From Betaproteobacteria bacterium (GTDB lineage: Bacteria > Pseudomonadota > Gammaproteobacteria > Burkholderiales > Ga0077523), in assembly GCA_037141795.1 (NCBI GenBank), contig JBAXBV010000002.1, forward strand, positions 6,588-70,587: DNA of 64,000 nt, given 5' to 3'. Below, one piece after another: positions 1 to 10,226 of this stretch. Within the stretch, counting starts at the first letter, position 1; the number at the start of each line of letters is the position of its first letter. The notes beneath the pieces were generated by a model. The model made no database searches, was not told the origin of the DNA, and was given only the letters and a program-made list of their open reading frames with translations. The position numbers and the translations under genes are program-made.

Positions 1-2680
1 CCCTCGGGACCGCGCTGGAGATTCCACGGTCCAGTTCGAACCCCACCAGTTTCTGTCGCGGCCCTCGGCGACGGACGATGTCGATGCTGCGTTTCCCCAC
101 AAAGAAAGGCTTGTCCATCTTGACGGCCCACTCCAGACCGACCTCGTCAGGCGTGGTGAGCCCGTCCGTATCCTGACCCACGATCACGTGACCTTTCTCC
201 AGCCTGAGTACCCGCTGGGCCTCCACCCCGAAGGGTCGAATGCCGTACTCAGCCCCTGCGCTCATGATCGCATCCCAGAGGTGCCCGCCGTGCTCGGAGG
301 CCACGTGGATCTCATACCCGATCTCCCCGACAAAGCCGACGCGCATCAACCGGGCAGGCACTCCCGCCACCTCGGCCTGCCGCACGCCGGAGAAGGGAAA
401 TGCCTCATTGGAGATATCGAGGTCCGTCAGCCGGCGAAGAACGGCCCTGCAGTTCGGTCCCGCGAGGTTCACCGCCGCAAAGGCTCCCGTCGAATTCACG
501 AGTCCGATCCGAAGGTTCCACTGCGCATTCCAGCGCTGAAGTTCCCGGTAGATCGTGGCGGAACCCGTGGTCGTGGTCGTGAAGTAAAAATGCGACGCTC
601 CAAGCCGGGCCACCACGCCGTCATCGATCACGACCGCCGACTCATCCACCATCGCGGCATACCGGAGCATCCCGTCCTTCAGATTCGAGAACCTGCCCGT
701 GTAGACACGATCGAGAAACTCGCCGGCGTCGGGGCCGAAGACTTCGAGCTTTCCGAGCGTCCCGACGTCAATCAGCCCCACGCCGGTCCGGACTGCGCGG
801 ACCTCCTCTCGAACCGACTCGGCTTTAGTCTTACCGGACACAGCGTAGTACTCGGGGCGGAACCACATACCCGCCTGCATCCAGACTGCGCCGAGGGCGG
901 CATGCCGCGAATGCAGAGGTGTCTCGCGATGCGGATGAAAACCGCGTCCCGCGAGATGCGAAAGAGGAACAGGATGGAAGAATGGCCGTGCTGTCGTGCT
1001 TCCGACAGCACCAGGTGACTTGTCGAGGATCCGTGCAAGAATGCGGATGGCATTCATGTTCGAGTGTTTTCCCTGCGACGGCCCCATGCCCACGGTCGAG
1101 TAGCGCTTCATCAATTCGATGTTGTCGAATCCCTCCTGGGCTGCATTGAGGAAGTCCCGAACCTGCAGGTCCTCATCGAAGTCCACGAAATTCTTGCCGG
1201 CGGGGTGATCGAAGATCGGATAGGGATGCGACGTGGCTGCGGGGCCACGAGGAATGAACGAGATTCGGGACGGGACATCCCTGCCAACGTACCGCGCCGC
1301 CTCGGTACCGGCTCGCTCGCCGTCCTCGAGACGTGCCTCGAGGTTGTGCACCCCGTTAACCCGGCCAGCGGCGAACATTCCAGGCGCAAGCTCTGCAGGA
1401 ACGAACTGCCCCGTCAGTTCATCAAACTGCATCTTCGTGCCGGACTGATACAACAAGGCGGCCGCCGGCGCCCAACCAACACTCATGAGCAAGCCGTCGC
1501 AGGCGATCCGTTGGGGCTGGGACGTATCCGCCTGCCCAATTGCCTTGATGGGGCAGACCGTGACACCTGTCAACCTGTCCTCCGCGCCGACCGCCTCGAA
1601 AACACAATGCCCCTGCAGAACCCGGATACCACGGTGCTTCACCTTGTCCTCAAGGGCTCCACCCTCCCCAGCGCTGCGGAGATCCACCAGCAGGGGCACC
1701 GTGATGCCGTTGGCGCTCAGGTCGAGTGCGGCCCGGTAGCCGTCGGCATTGGCTGCAACCACGACCGCGGTGTTCATCGGCTTCACGGCATAGCGATAGA
1801 TGAGCCTCTGGGCCGCGGACCCCAGCATCACACCCGGCAGGTCGTTGTTCCTGAACACCGCGGGTTGCTCGAATCCGCCCTGGGCGACGACTACCGCTCC
1901 GGCGCGAACCTTTGTCAGGCGTTCCCGATCCACGAGCGGCACCCAGTGATCCGCATACCAGCCTGCCGCGAATGTACCCGTGCGGATCGACACGTTCGGC
2001 AACGACCGCAGGTCCGATTCCAGGCCACGCAGGAGTTGCAGAGTCGTTCCGTCGCCCCCCCGCTGGTAGCCGAGACTTCCCCCTATCCTCGCGTTCTCAT
2101 CGACCAGAAGAACCCTGGCACCCGCCCGGCCCGCAGCGATGGCTGCACGCAGTCCCGAGGGCCCCGCTCCGACGACCAGAACATCCGCGAAGTCGTAACG
2201 CTTGGGGGTGCGGATGTGGGGGGTCTCGAAGTCGAGACGCCCGAGACCGGTCACATTCCGGAAAACACGCTCCCAGTAGGCCGCCAGGGACTTCGGCCGG
2301 TGGAAGGCCTTGTAGTAGAAACCGACAGGAAGAAACCGTGACAACACGTTGAACCACCGTAACCGGTCCGCATCCACTCCACCGGAAGTGTTCACCGCGG
2401 CGAGCACCATGCCCGCCTCCAGCGCCTCGACATCCGCGCGCAGATTGAAGCGCTGTCCGGCCTGCATGAGGGTATTCACATCGTGATTGGCAGCGGAAAG
2501 AATGCCCCTGGGGCGGTGGTACTTGAAGCTTCTGCCAAGCACCCGGATACCCTCTGCCCAGAGGGCGCTGGATGGAACATCCCCCTGGAAGCCCAGATAA
2601 TGCCTGCCCTCGAATTCGAAGGAGAGTTCCCTGGATCGGTCCAACCATTCACCGTCGACCGGGGGTAACCGGAAAGTCAT
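1..2680 (-). CDS. Sarcosine oxidase alpha-subunit family / N-methylglutamate dehydrogenase subunit C (3' end outside window)
   Basis: Missing from the ORF track because no stop occurs in the window. Manual translation from ATG 2680 gives MTFRLPPVDGEWLDRSRELSFEFEG...GRSFKYHRPRG; GcvT-like LRLEKGHVIVGQDTDG near 200 is in the same frame. ATGA overlap with the delta-subunit stop. Confidence 0.88.
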   Translation of the reverse strand, partial: MTFRLPPVDGEWLDRSRELSFEFEGRHYLGFQGDVPSSALWAEGIRVLGRSFKYHRPRGILSAANHDVNTLMQAGQRFNLRADVEALEAGMVLAAVNTSGGVDADRLRWFNVLSRFLPVGFYYKAFHRPKSLAAYWERVFRNVTGLGRLDFETPHIRTPKRYDFADVLVVGAGPSGLRAAIAAGRAGARVLLVDENARIGGSLGYQRGGDGTTLQLLRGLESDLRSLPNVSIRTGTFAAGWYADHWVPLVDRERLTKVRAGAVVVAQGGFEQPAVFRNNDLPGVMLGSAAQRLIYRYAVKPMNTAVVVAANADGYRAALDLSANGITVPLLVDLRSAGEGGALEDKVKHRGIRVLQGHCVFEAVGAEDRLTGVTVCPIKAIGQADTSQPQRIACDGLLMSVGWAPAAALLYQSGTKMQFDELTGQFVPAELAPGMFAAGRVNGVHNLEARLEDGERAGTEAARYVGRDVPSRISFIPRGPAATSHPYPIFDHPAGKNFVDFDEDLQVRDFLNAAQEGFDNIELMKRYSTVGMGPSQGKHSNMNAIRILARILDKSPGAVGSTTARPFFHPVPLSHLAGRGFHPHRETPLHSRHAALGAVWMQAGMWFRPEYYAVSGKTKAESVREEVRAVRTGVGLIDVGTLGKLEVFGPDAGEFLDRVYTGRFSNLKDGMLRYAAMVDESAVVIDDGVVARLGASHFYFTTTTTGSATIYRELQRWNAQWNLRIGLVNSTGAFAAVNLAGPNCRAVLRRLTDLDISNEAFPFSGVRQAEVAGVPARLMRVGFVGEIGYEIHVASEHGGHLWDAIMSAGAEYGIRPFGVEAQRVLRLEKGHVIVGQDTDGLTTPDEVGLEWAVKMDKPFFVGKRSIDIVRRRGPRQKLVGFELDRGISSAVPR

Positions 2681-2949
2681 CGCTCAACCCCCGCGACGTT
2701 CGCATCGCCCGGCAACCACGTGCGGACCACGCGATCAGTCGACACATCGCGCTCCGCCTGAAACCACGTACCACTGGCGATGTGATACCACCATTCAACC
2801 TTGATCCCAGGAATCCCGCTTCTGTTGAACACATAATCGGCCCACTGCGCATCCGGGCACCCCGGATCCGGCATTTCGCGGACTTCCCCGCCATAAACGA
2901 ACTCGGAAACCGGCCGCGCCCCGTTGACCGGGCATACGAGAATCTTCAT
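2677..2949 (-). CDS. Sarcosine oxidase delta-subunit family (SoxD/MgdB)
   Basis: MKILVCPVNGARPVSEFVYGGE...W..YVF.R...EWWYH...WF..ERD; lies between the beta and alpha subunits. Confidence 0.85.
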   Translation of the reverse strand: MKILVCPVNGARPVSEFVYGGEVREMPDPGCPDAQWADYVFNRSGIPGIKVEWWYHIASGTWFQAERDVSTDRVVRTWLPGDANVAGVER

Positions 2950-3018
2950 GCCCCCCCCCACTGCGAGGCCGACACGATGGTTGTCCGCCTCGTTTCCCGT
3001 GAAATTGTGCGCCGGTGA

Positions 3019-4260
3019 TCAATGACCGACACTGGCCGCTCCTTTTTCCCCGGTCAGCCGGTAGTTTTCGAACCGGGAAAGCGAGAACCCTTCAATCAAC
3101 GCGTGGTTGGCATCATTCGCCACCGTGTAGGACATGGTCTTTCCGCACACGGGGGTAGCCTTGAAACCCCAGGTGCCCCATCCTGCATCGAGGTAGAAGC
3201 CCTCGACGGGAGTCTTGCCCATGACGGGCGCAAAGTCAGGGGTCATGTCGGCCATCCCCGCCCATTGCCGGTTCACGCGGGCATGGGACAGAAACGGAAA
3301 CATGTCGAGCATGTGAGCGGATAGTCCCTCCACGAAGTCGAGGGTAGACCGCGTGGAGTGGAGTTCATAGGGGTCCAGGGATGCCCCCATGACCAGTTCG
3401 CCCCGGGCTGACTGGCTCACGTAGATGTGCAGGCTGCCGGAAACAAGAATCGGGTCGAGCCATGGCTTCATCGGTTCCGTAACCATCGCCTGCAGGGGAT
3501 GAACGAAGATGGGGGTCCGCAGCCCCACCATGTGCGTGACCCTCGGCGTGAAGCCGGCGACCGCGCACAGAACCTTGCGGGTGGAGATGTAGCCTTTGGA
3601 GGTCTTCACGCCCTTGACTCGCCCCCCTTCCACGTCGATTCCCGTGACCTCCGTTTGCTGGTGTATCTCGACACCGCGGCGATCCGCGCCCCGCCCATAC
3701 CCCCAGGCGACCGCATCGTGCCTGGCGATGGCCCCGGGCGCGTGGAAAAGGGCGCCCAGGATCGGCGCGTGCCCACCGCAGGAGAGGTCGATCCGGGGAC
3801 AGGCGCGCTTCACCGCGTCAGGCCCCACAAGTTCGCTGTCCACGCCCAGGTGCTTGTTGACCTCGGCCCGCCAGCGCATGGTCCTCACGGCGGAATCCGT
3901 GTGGGCAAGCGTGAAGTGACCGCGGGTGGAGTAGAAGAGATTGAGATCGAAGTCATCCGCCAGATCCCGCCACAGCCGGACGGACTCATCGTAGAACGCC
4001 ACGCCCTCGGGAGTCAGGTAATTCGAGCGGATGATGGTCGTATTCCTTCCGGTGTTACCGCCGCCCAGATAACCCCTATCCAAGACCGCGATGTTCCTGA
4101 CCCCATGGTCCCGCGCGAGGTAGTAAGCACTCGCGAGCCCATGCCCTCCCGCGCCGATGATCACCACGTCATAGGCATCCTTCAACCGGTCGGGTTGACG
4201 AAACATGCGCGGGTCCGGGTGTCGAGATGACAAGCCGAACCGCAGAAGCTGATAAGCCAT
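3019..4260 (-). CDS. Sarcosine oxidase beta-subunit family FAD oxidoreductase (SoxB/MgdA)
   Basis: Start MAYQLLRFGL at 4260; GAGGHG dinucleotide fold, GGNTGRNTTIIRSNY, ARHDAVAWGY, GWGTWGFKATP, C-terminal EKGAASVGH. Confidence 0.9.
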   Translation of the reverse strand: MAYQLLRFGLSSRHPDPRMFRQPDRLKDAYDVVIIGAGGHGLASAYYLARDHGVRNIAVLDRGYLGGGNTGRNTTIIRSNYLTPEGVAFYDESVRLWRDLADDFDLNLFYSTRGHFTLAHTDSAVRTMRWRAEVNKHLGVDSELVGPDAVKRACPRIDLSCGGHAPILGALFHAPGAIARHDAVAWGYGRGADRRGVEIHQQTEVTGIDVEGGRVKGVKTSKGYISTRKVLCAVAGFTPRVTHMVGLRTPIFVHPLQAMVTEPMKPWLDPILVSGSLHIYVSQSARGELVMGASLDPYELHSTRSTLDFVEGLSAHMLDMFPFLSHARVNRQWAGMADMTPDFAPVMGKTPVEGFYLDAGWGTWGFKATPVCGKTMSYTVANDANHALIEGFSLSRFENYRLTGEKGAASVGH

Positions 4261-4337
4261 TGATGCGCCGGGGAGGTCTTGGAAAATCGGAAAACTTCGT
4301 CTGGCCGGAAATTTACTGGAACGAACTATTAGTGCAC

Positions 4338-4367
4338 ATGATGAACAATGGCCCCGACAGGTGTCAA
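4338..4367 (-). promoter_or_regulatory. Putative sigma70 promoter of the sox/mgd operon
   Basis: Minus strand TTGACA (4367-4362), 18-bp spacer, CATCAT (4343-4338) in an AT-rich intergenic stretch. Confidence 0.35.
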
Positions 4368-4515
4368 GACTTCGGGAAACTCTGGCGGGTCTCACAACCC
4401 ACTTCACCTGCACGGATTGCGCGACATCCCCGAGGAGTCCGGGTCGGCATCGCTATAATCCGCAGCCCGGCCCGCCCCAACCCAGACAATACCCTTTCGG
4501 AATACAGCCCTACCA

Positions 4516-5814
4516 ATGACAGTTCCGCACCTGACCACCGCCCTGACCGGCCCGCTGCTTTCGCTGGAACGTCACATCCTGGACGCGCAACCTGCAATCG
4601 AGCACTGGTTCCGGGGCAAGTGGCTGGAACACCCCGCGCCCTTCTATGCATCGGTGGACCTGCGAAATGCAGGCTTCAAGCTGGCGCCCGTGGATACGAA
4701 CCTGTTCCCTGGAGGATTCAACAATCTCGCAGCGGAATTCATGCCCCTGTGCGTCCAGGCAGCCATGGTGGCCGTCGAGAAGATCTGTCCGGAGGCGAGG
4801 GGCATCCTGCTGATTCCTGAAAACCACACTCGCAACACCTTCTACCTGCAGAATGTGGTGGCATTGCAGTCTGTGCTGCGCCAGGCCGGCATGCGAGTAC
4901 GAGTCGGGAGTCTCAATCCGGACATCACCGAAGCCACGACGCTGGAGTTGCCCAGCGGAGCGAAGCTGACTCTGGAACCCGTGCTGAGGAAGGGACGCCG
5001 CGTAGGGCTGGCGGATTTCGATCCATGCAGCGTTGTACTGAACAACGATTTGTCGGCGGGCATTCCTCAAATCCTGAAGGACATCGACCAGCCGGTGATG
5101 CCTCCGCTGCACGCTGGCTGGGCCACGCGCCTGAAATCAAATCACTTTACCGCCTATGACGAAGTCGTCGGCGAATTCGCTAAATTGATCGGCATCGACT
5201 CCTGGCTCATCAATCCGTACTTCGGCGTTTGCGGAGAGATCAACTTCCATGAGCGCGTCGGCGAGGAGTGCCTCGCCCGCTGGGTCGACGGCATCCTCGG
5301 ACAGACTCGCGAGAAATACCGGGAGTACGGAATCAGGCAGGACCCCTTCGTCATCGTGAAGGCGGATGCAGGCACATACGGCATGGGCATCATGTCGGTC
5401 AAGAGTGCGGATGAAGTCATCGCCCTGAACCGAAAGCAACGCAACAAGATGGCTGTCGTGAAGGAGGGTCTGGAGGTCAGCCACGTGATGGTGCAGGAAG
5501 GCGTGCCGACCTTCGAAAGCGTGAACGAGGCCGTGGCAGAACCGGTGGTGTACATGATCGACCACTTCGTGGTCGGCGGATTCTACCGAGTGCACACGGG
5601 CAGGGGTCCGGAAGAGAATCTCAACGCCCCGGGCATGCAGTTCGTGCCCCTCGCCTTCGAGTCTCCCTGCCAGTCGCCCGACCTGGACGGGCATCCGAAT
5701 GACATACCGAACCGCTTCTATGCCTACGGGGTCGTGGCACGACTCGCGCTGCTCGCTGCCTCGCTCGAAATCGAGCGGACCGAACCCGGCGTCAATCCCC
5801 AGGACGGGGCATGA
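4516..5814 (+). CDS. gshA: Glutamate--cysteine ligase (betaproteobacterial type)
   Basis: PFYASVDLRNAGFKLAPVDTNLFPGGFNNL, KADAGTYGMGIM; overlaps gshB; TATAAT at 4454-4459 upstream. Confidence 0.95.
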   Translation: MTVPHLTTALTGPLLSLERHILDAQPAIEHWFRGKWLEHPAPFYASVDLRNAGFKLAPVDTNLFPGGFNNLAAEFMPLCVQAAMVAVEKICPEARGILLIPENHTRNTFYLQNVVALQSVLRQAGMRVRVGSLNPDITEATTLELPSGAKLTLEPVLRKGRRVGLADFDPCSVVLNNDLSAGIPQILKDIDQPVMPPLHAGWATRLKSNHFTAYDEVVGEFAKLIGIDSWLINPYFGVCGEINFHERVGEECLARWVDGILGQTREKYREYGIRQDPFVIVKADAGTYGMGIMSVKSADEVIALNRKQRNKMAVVKEGLEVSHVMVQEGVPTFESVNEAVAEPVVYMIDHFVVGGFYRVHTGRGPEENLNAPGMQFVPLAFESPCQSPDLDGHPNDIPNRFYAYGVVARLALLAASLEIERTEPGVNPQDGA

Positions 5815-6767
5815 GATTGAAGATCGCGTTCCTGACTGATCCGCTTTCGACTCTGAAGGCCTACAAGGACTCGTCCATCGCGATGATGCGGGAGGCCTCA
5901 CGGCGCGGGCACCTCATCTTCGCCTTCGAGCAGGGTGCCATGCGCTGGTCGCAAGGCCGAGTCATGGCTCGCGCGCAGGAACTGGCCATTCACCAGGACG
6001 ACGACGCCTGGATGGATCCCGGGGCACAGACCGACGGCGGACTCGACCGTTTCGACGCCGTGATCATGCGCAAGGACCCGCCTTTCGACATGGAGTACGT
6101 TTACGCGACCTATCTTCTGGAACTGGCGGAACAGGCCGGGGTGCGGGTCTATAACCGGCCCCGATCCCTCAGAGATTTCAATGAAAAGCTCGCCATAGCG
6201 CGTTTCCCGCATTTCGTCGCACCGACCCTGGTCACCCGGTCCGAGACCGAGATCCGCGCCTTTCTCGCCGAGCAGGGCGAGATCGTACTCAAGCCCCTGG
6301 ACGGGATGGGCGGAAGTTCCGTGTTCCGCGTGGGGAGGACCGACCCGAACCTCGGGGTGATCATCGAGACTCTTACCGATCTCGGCCGCAGAACCGTCAT
6401 GGCCCAGCGCTACCTGCCCGAAATCGTCGCGGGAGACAAACGGGTGCTCCTGATCGACGGGCGTCCCGCTCCTTTTACCCTCGCCAGGATTCCTAAAGAG
6501 GGTGAATCGCGGGGAAATCTCGCGGCCGGGGGGCGGGGTGTCGCCCAAGCGCTCTCGGACAGGGAGCGGGAAATTGCGGAAACGATCGGGCCCGAGCTGA
6601 GGGCCGCCGGGCTTCTCATCGTCGGCCTGGACATCATCGGGAATCACCTGACCGAAGTGAACGTGACCAGTCCCACCTGCATGCGGGAGATCCTCGACCA
6701 GACGGGATTCAGCGTACCCGCCATGGTCCTTGACGCGATCGAGGCGGCGGCCTGCGGCGCGGGATAG
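5811..6767 (+). CDS. gshB: Glutathione synthetase
   Basis: KDSS, MRKDPPFD, NEKL, KPLDGMGG, GDKR, RGNLAAGG, EVNVTSPT. Confidence 0.96.
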   Translation: MRLKIAFLTDPLSTLKAYKDSSIAMMREASRRGHLIFAFEQGAMRWSQGRVMARAQELAIHQDDDAWMDPGAQTDGGLDRFDAVIMRKDPPFDMEYVYATYLLELAEQAGVRVYNRPRSLRDFNEKLAIARFPHFVAPTLVTRSETEIRAFLAEQGEIVLKPLDGMGGSSVFRVGRTDPNLGVIIETLTDLGRRTVMAQRYLPEIVAGDKRVLLIDGRPAPFTLARIPKEGESRGNLAAGGRGVAQALSDREREIAETIGPELRAAGLLIVGLDIIGNHLTEVNVTSPTCMREILDQTGFSVPAMVLDAIEAAACGAG

Positions 6768-6785
6768 GAAAGACGCGCTTTTCGT

Positions 6786-9530
6786 TCAGGCGGCGGTTCG
6801 AACGGGTACGCGCAAGAGCCGTTGACCTCCACGGAGGAGGTTCTCGAACTCCCATACCGGCAGGGGATGGCTGAGCAGGAAACCCTGCACCTCGTCACAG
6901 TTCAGCTGTCGCAGAAACTCGAATTGCTCCTCGGTCTCCACTCCTTCCGCCACCACACTGAGCCTGAGGCTGTGAGCAAGCGCAATGACCGCTCGGGTTA
7001 TCGCGGCATCGTCCTGATCGATGGGTACATCCCGCACGAAAGATCGATCCACCTTCAGCGCATCCAGAGGAAGACGCTTCAGGTAACTCAGCGAAGAGTA
7101 ACCCGTGCCGAAATCGTCCACCGTGATATGCACACCCAGGGCCTTGAGTTCGGAGAGCAGGCCCGCGGCATATTCGACGTTCTGCATCATCACGCTCTCG
7201 GTGAGTTCCAGTTCGATCGAGTCCGGGGGCACACCCGATTCAAGAAGAATCCGACGAACGCTCTCAAGAAAGCCGGTGCTGTGGAACTGCCTGGCAGACA
7301 GGTTCACGGCCACCCGGACTGGAGGGAGTCCCTTGCGAGCCCAGTCCATCACATGGCGACATGCAGTTTCCAGAACCCACTCGCCGATCGCGGCGATCAG
7401 ACCCGTCTCCTCCGCGAGCGCGATGAACGCGTTGGGCGGGATGAGCCCCCTCTCCGGACTCAGCCATCGCACCAGTGCCTCCGCTCCGGTGATCCGCCCG
7501 TCCACGACCGACACCTTTGGCTGGAAGTGCAGGACAAACTGGTCCCGGTCGGCAACCGCCTTTCTCAGGCTGGATTCCAGAGACAATCTGTCGACGTTGG
7601 CCGTATTCATCACGGCCGAGTAGAAGGCGAACCGGTTCTTCCCCTGTTCCTTCGCGCGGTACATCGCAATATCGGCATGCTTGAGCAGGCTTTTCAGGTC
7701 CAGCCCGTCCCGCGGGAACGTGGCGATCCCGATACTCGCCGTCAACGAAAGCTCCTGACCCTCGAAGACGACAGGATGGTCAACCTCCGAGAGCAACTGC
7801 CCGGCCACTTCGGTGACGGCACCGAAGTCCTCGAATTGATCCATCACAACCACGAATTCATCACCCCCGAGCCGCGCGACCAGGCCGGACACCGCGACGT
7901 TTTCCGAAAGACGCCTCGCGATTTCCTTGAGGACGAGGTCGCCAGCGTCGTGACCAAGGGTATCGTTGACGATCTTGAATCTGTCGAGATCAAGGAACAG
8001 GACCGCCAGCTTGCGCCCGAGACTGTCGGCCAGGGCAAGGGCACGGGTCAGATGATGCGTAAAGAGAGTCCTGTTCGCGAGCGTCGTCAGTTCGTCGTAA
8101 TGCGCAAGTCTGGCGATACGGTCCTCGGCGAGATGCCTGTCCGTGACATTCTGGAGAAAACCCGATGTCCGAATCGGTTCACCAGAAGGCAGGAAGTCCG
8201 TACGCCCACTGATGCGCACCCAGGCTCGCTGTGCGGATTTTCCGGGGACTTCCAGTTCCAATTCAACTTCCCAGGTCTGGGGCGATTCCAGGGATTTCTC
8301 GAGAGCTGCCTGGAGGATCACGCCGCTTGACCCCAGATAAAGGTTGCAGACGGAGGCCAGCGCTGGAGTGAAATCCGAAGGTGTGACGCCATGAATCCGA
8401 TAGGCCTCTTCCGTCCAAAGCAGGGCCCCCGTAGAAAGGTCCAGTTCCCAGGCGCCAACCTGGGCCGCCCGCTGCGTCTCCGCCAGAAAGGTCGACTGCC
8501 GGTGCAACTCCACCTCCTGCGCCTCGAACACGGCCAGCGCCGATTCCCGCTCGATCGAGCGCGCCCTCTGCTGGCGACGCACCCAGGCGGAGCAAAAAAT
8601 CAGCCCCCCCGTGCCAAGCGCGCAAAGAATGAGAGGCAGCTTCACGCGCTGCATCCAACCAGACCATATCGCGGTGTCCGGCACCGCAGTGAACACGGTC
8701 AATGGGTGCCGACCCAGTCGCCGGTAGGCGAAGTAGCCGCCAGTCGAGCCAAGCGAACCGTTCAAGACAATGTCGCCGCCGCTCGGTGTTCCCCGCAACC
8801 GCAGCGTTCGCTGGAATGAGGACACCGCATCCGAGAACTCGGAACGCCCCTCGCCGACGTCAGAGCTTGATACCACGAGATCGCCGCCATCGGTCAGTAG
8901 ACCCGACATCCCTCCTGAAACACCCCACGCGTTCGCGAGCCATCGCTCCGGTTCCGGCCAGCCTGCCCGCGCCACGACAGCCACCGTCTGACCAGACATC
9001 CCCGGCGTGCGGAGCCGCACCGGAACCACCCACGATCTGCTTTCGGGCAGGGCCACGGGGCGCCCGATCTGCGGGCGCACATCTGACCCCGCCCTGTTCA
9101 TCCCACCCGACCTCAGGAGATCGCGGTTCCATGGCGCTACCCCCGGAACATCCGGGGATGCCAGAACGGGAACTCCACCTCCGTCGGGAGAGAGCACCTC
9201 AAGGGACATGACCTCCGGCATCGCGACGCGGTAGCGCTCGAGAACCGAACGCACCTGTTCCGGCGGCGGACTCGACCCGGAACGCGGAAACTCCGCGGCG
9301 ATCGACGCCACCAACCCCTCGCTACGCCGGATCGTGCTTTCCACAGAGATGACGAGCGCGTCCGCGCGGTTGCGCAGACTGAGCAGCGCTTCATCTCGAA
9401 CCGACCACCACGCCTGCAATCCGTAAAGGAGCACCAGCACGACGAGCGCGGCTGTCAGAAGCTCAATGCCGTGAGCAACAGAACCACCAGGCTCACGGGC
9501 TGCGGAGGTGTTGGACATGACGGGTTCCAT
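6786..9530 (-). CDS. Membrane-bound Cache-like/PAS/GGDEF/EAL c-di-GMP enzyme
   Basis: Two TM segments around a periplasmic region; PAS (GAWELD...WTEE), ARLGGDEF, GAEALVRW, DDFGTGYSSL, EGVE. Confidence 0.93.
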   Translation of the reverse strand: MEPVMSNTSAAREPGGSVAHGIELLTAALVVLVLLYGLQAWWSVRDEALLSLRNRADALVISVESTIRRSEGLVASIAAEFPRSGSSPPPEQVRSVLERYRVAMPEVMSLEVLSPDGGGVPVLASPDVPGVAPWNRDLLRSGGMNRAGSDVRPQIGRPVALPESRSWVVPVRLRTPGMSGQTVAVVARAGWPEPERWLANAWGVSGGMSGLLTDGGDLVVSSSDVGEGRSEFSDAVSSFQRTLRLRGTPSGGDIVLNGSLGSTGGYFAYRRLGRHPLTVFTAVPDTAIWSGWMQRVKLPLILCALGTGGLIFCSAWVRRQQRARSIERESALAVFEAQEVELHRQSTFLAETQRAAQVGAWELDLSTGALLWTEEAYRIHGVTPSDFTPALASVCNLYLGSSGVILQAALEKSLESPQTWEVELELEVPGKSAQRAWVRISGRTDFLPSGEPIRTSGFLQNVTDRHLAEDRIARLAHYDELTTLANRTLFTHHLTRALALADSLGRKLAVLFLDLDRFKIVNDTLGHDAGDLVLKEIARRLSENVAVSGLVARLGGDEFVVVMDQFEDFGAVTEVAGQLLSEVDHPVVFEGQELSLTASIGIATFPRDGLDLKSLLKHADIAMYRAKEQGKNRFAFYSAVMNTANVDRLSLESSLRKAVADRDQFVLHFQPKVSVVDGRITGAEALVRWLSPERGLIPPNAFIALAEETGLIAAIGEWVLETACRHVMDWARKGLPPVRVAVNLSARQFHSTGFLESVRRILLESGVPPDSIELELTESVMMQNVEYAAGLLSELKALGVHITVDDFGTGYSSLSYLKRLPLDALKVDRSFVRDVPIDQDDAAITRAVIALAHSLRLSVVAEGVETEEQFEFLRQLNCDEVQGFLLSHPLPVWEFENLLRGGQRLLRVPVRTAA

Positions 9531-9587
9531 CCCGTCAAGTAACGGAGCCGAGTGCCTGGGGTTTAGCCGAATCCTGGCGGGGCGCTC

Positions 9588-9617
9588 AAAAAAACGGTTG
9601 AGCCCGCGTCACGGGCT
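9588..9617 (-). terminator. Possible weak intrinsic terminator downstream of dsbB
   Basis: Hairpin AGCCCG-N5-CGGGCT (9601-9617) followed on the minus strand, after 6 nt, by T7. Confidence 0.3.
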
Positions 9618-9667
9618 GGTCGGAAACCACCTCGCCATGGCCAATTGCCCACGTCGAGTATCGGGTT

Positions 9668-10189
9668 TCAGGCGAGCCCTGCCCGGTCACCACGGGCTCT
9701 CAGTGACCGCGCGAGCGTCCAGGCTGCCACGAGGAAAATCCCCGAGAACGCCACGAAGGACCACTCCGCGATGGAAAGGCCAAGCCACGTCCACTGCACC
9801 TTCGAGCAATCCCCCGAGCCCCGGAAGATCATGGGTAGTGCCTCGGTGAGGGGAAAGGACTCGACCATGAACTCCAATCCCGGGCCGCAGTCTGCGAGCT
9901 GGGGGGGATTGTGCTGCAGCCATGTCTGCCAGGCCGCAACTCCACCGCCCGCCGTTGCTGCCAACGCGATGATCACGGCATAAATGCCTGTGCCCGCTCG
10001 GGCAGGGGCCTGCAAGGCAGCCACACCCGCGATCAACCCTATGGCGAGGAAGGCGTAGCGCTGAAGGATGCACATCGGACAGGGCTCGAGGTCCAGCGCA
10101 TGCTGCAGATAGAGCCCAAACAGCAACAGGCCCGCACACCCGAGGAAGATCGCAACAAAAACGAAACGCGGCTTGAGAAGGTACGACAT
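9668..10189 (-). CDS. dsbB: Disulfide bond formation protein B
   Basis: Start MSYLLKPRF; EPCPMCILQR, second Cys pair (ADCGP / GDCSK), four TM helices, WLGLSIAEWS. Confidence 0.93.
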   Translation of the reverse strand: MSYLLKPRFVFVAIFLGCAGLLLFGLYLQHALDLEPCPMCILQRYAFLAIGLIAGVAALQAPARAGTGIYAVIIALAATAGGGVAAWQTWLQHNPPQLADCGPGLEFMVESFPLTEALPMIFRGSGDCSKVQWTWLGLSIAEWSFVAFSGIFLVAAWTLARSLRARGDRAGLA

Positions 10190-10226
10190 CACGAACAGGC
10201 CTGTGCCTCGGAAGAACTGAAATCCA

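Noticed and set aside
188-2352. Plus-strand ORFs of 276 and 425 aa
   Set aside because: Antisense shadows of the alpha-subunit gene; no recognisable motifs.
2951-2959. G9 tract (minus strand) just before the delta-subunit ATG as a phase-variation site
   Set aside because: Intergenic and can simply act as a G-rich SD; one sequence gives no evidence of slippage.
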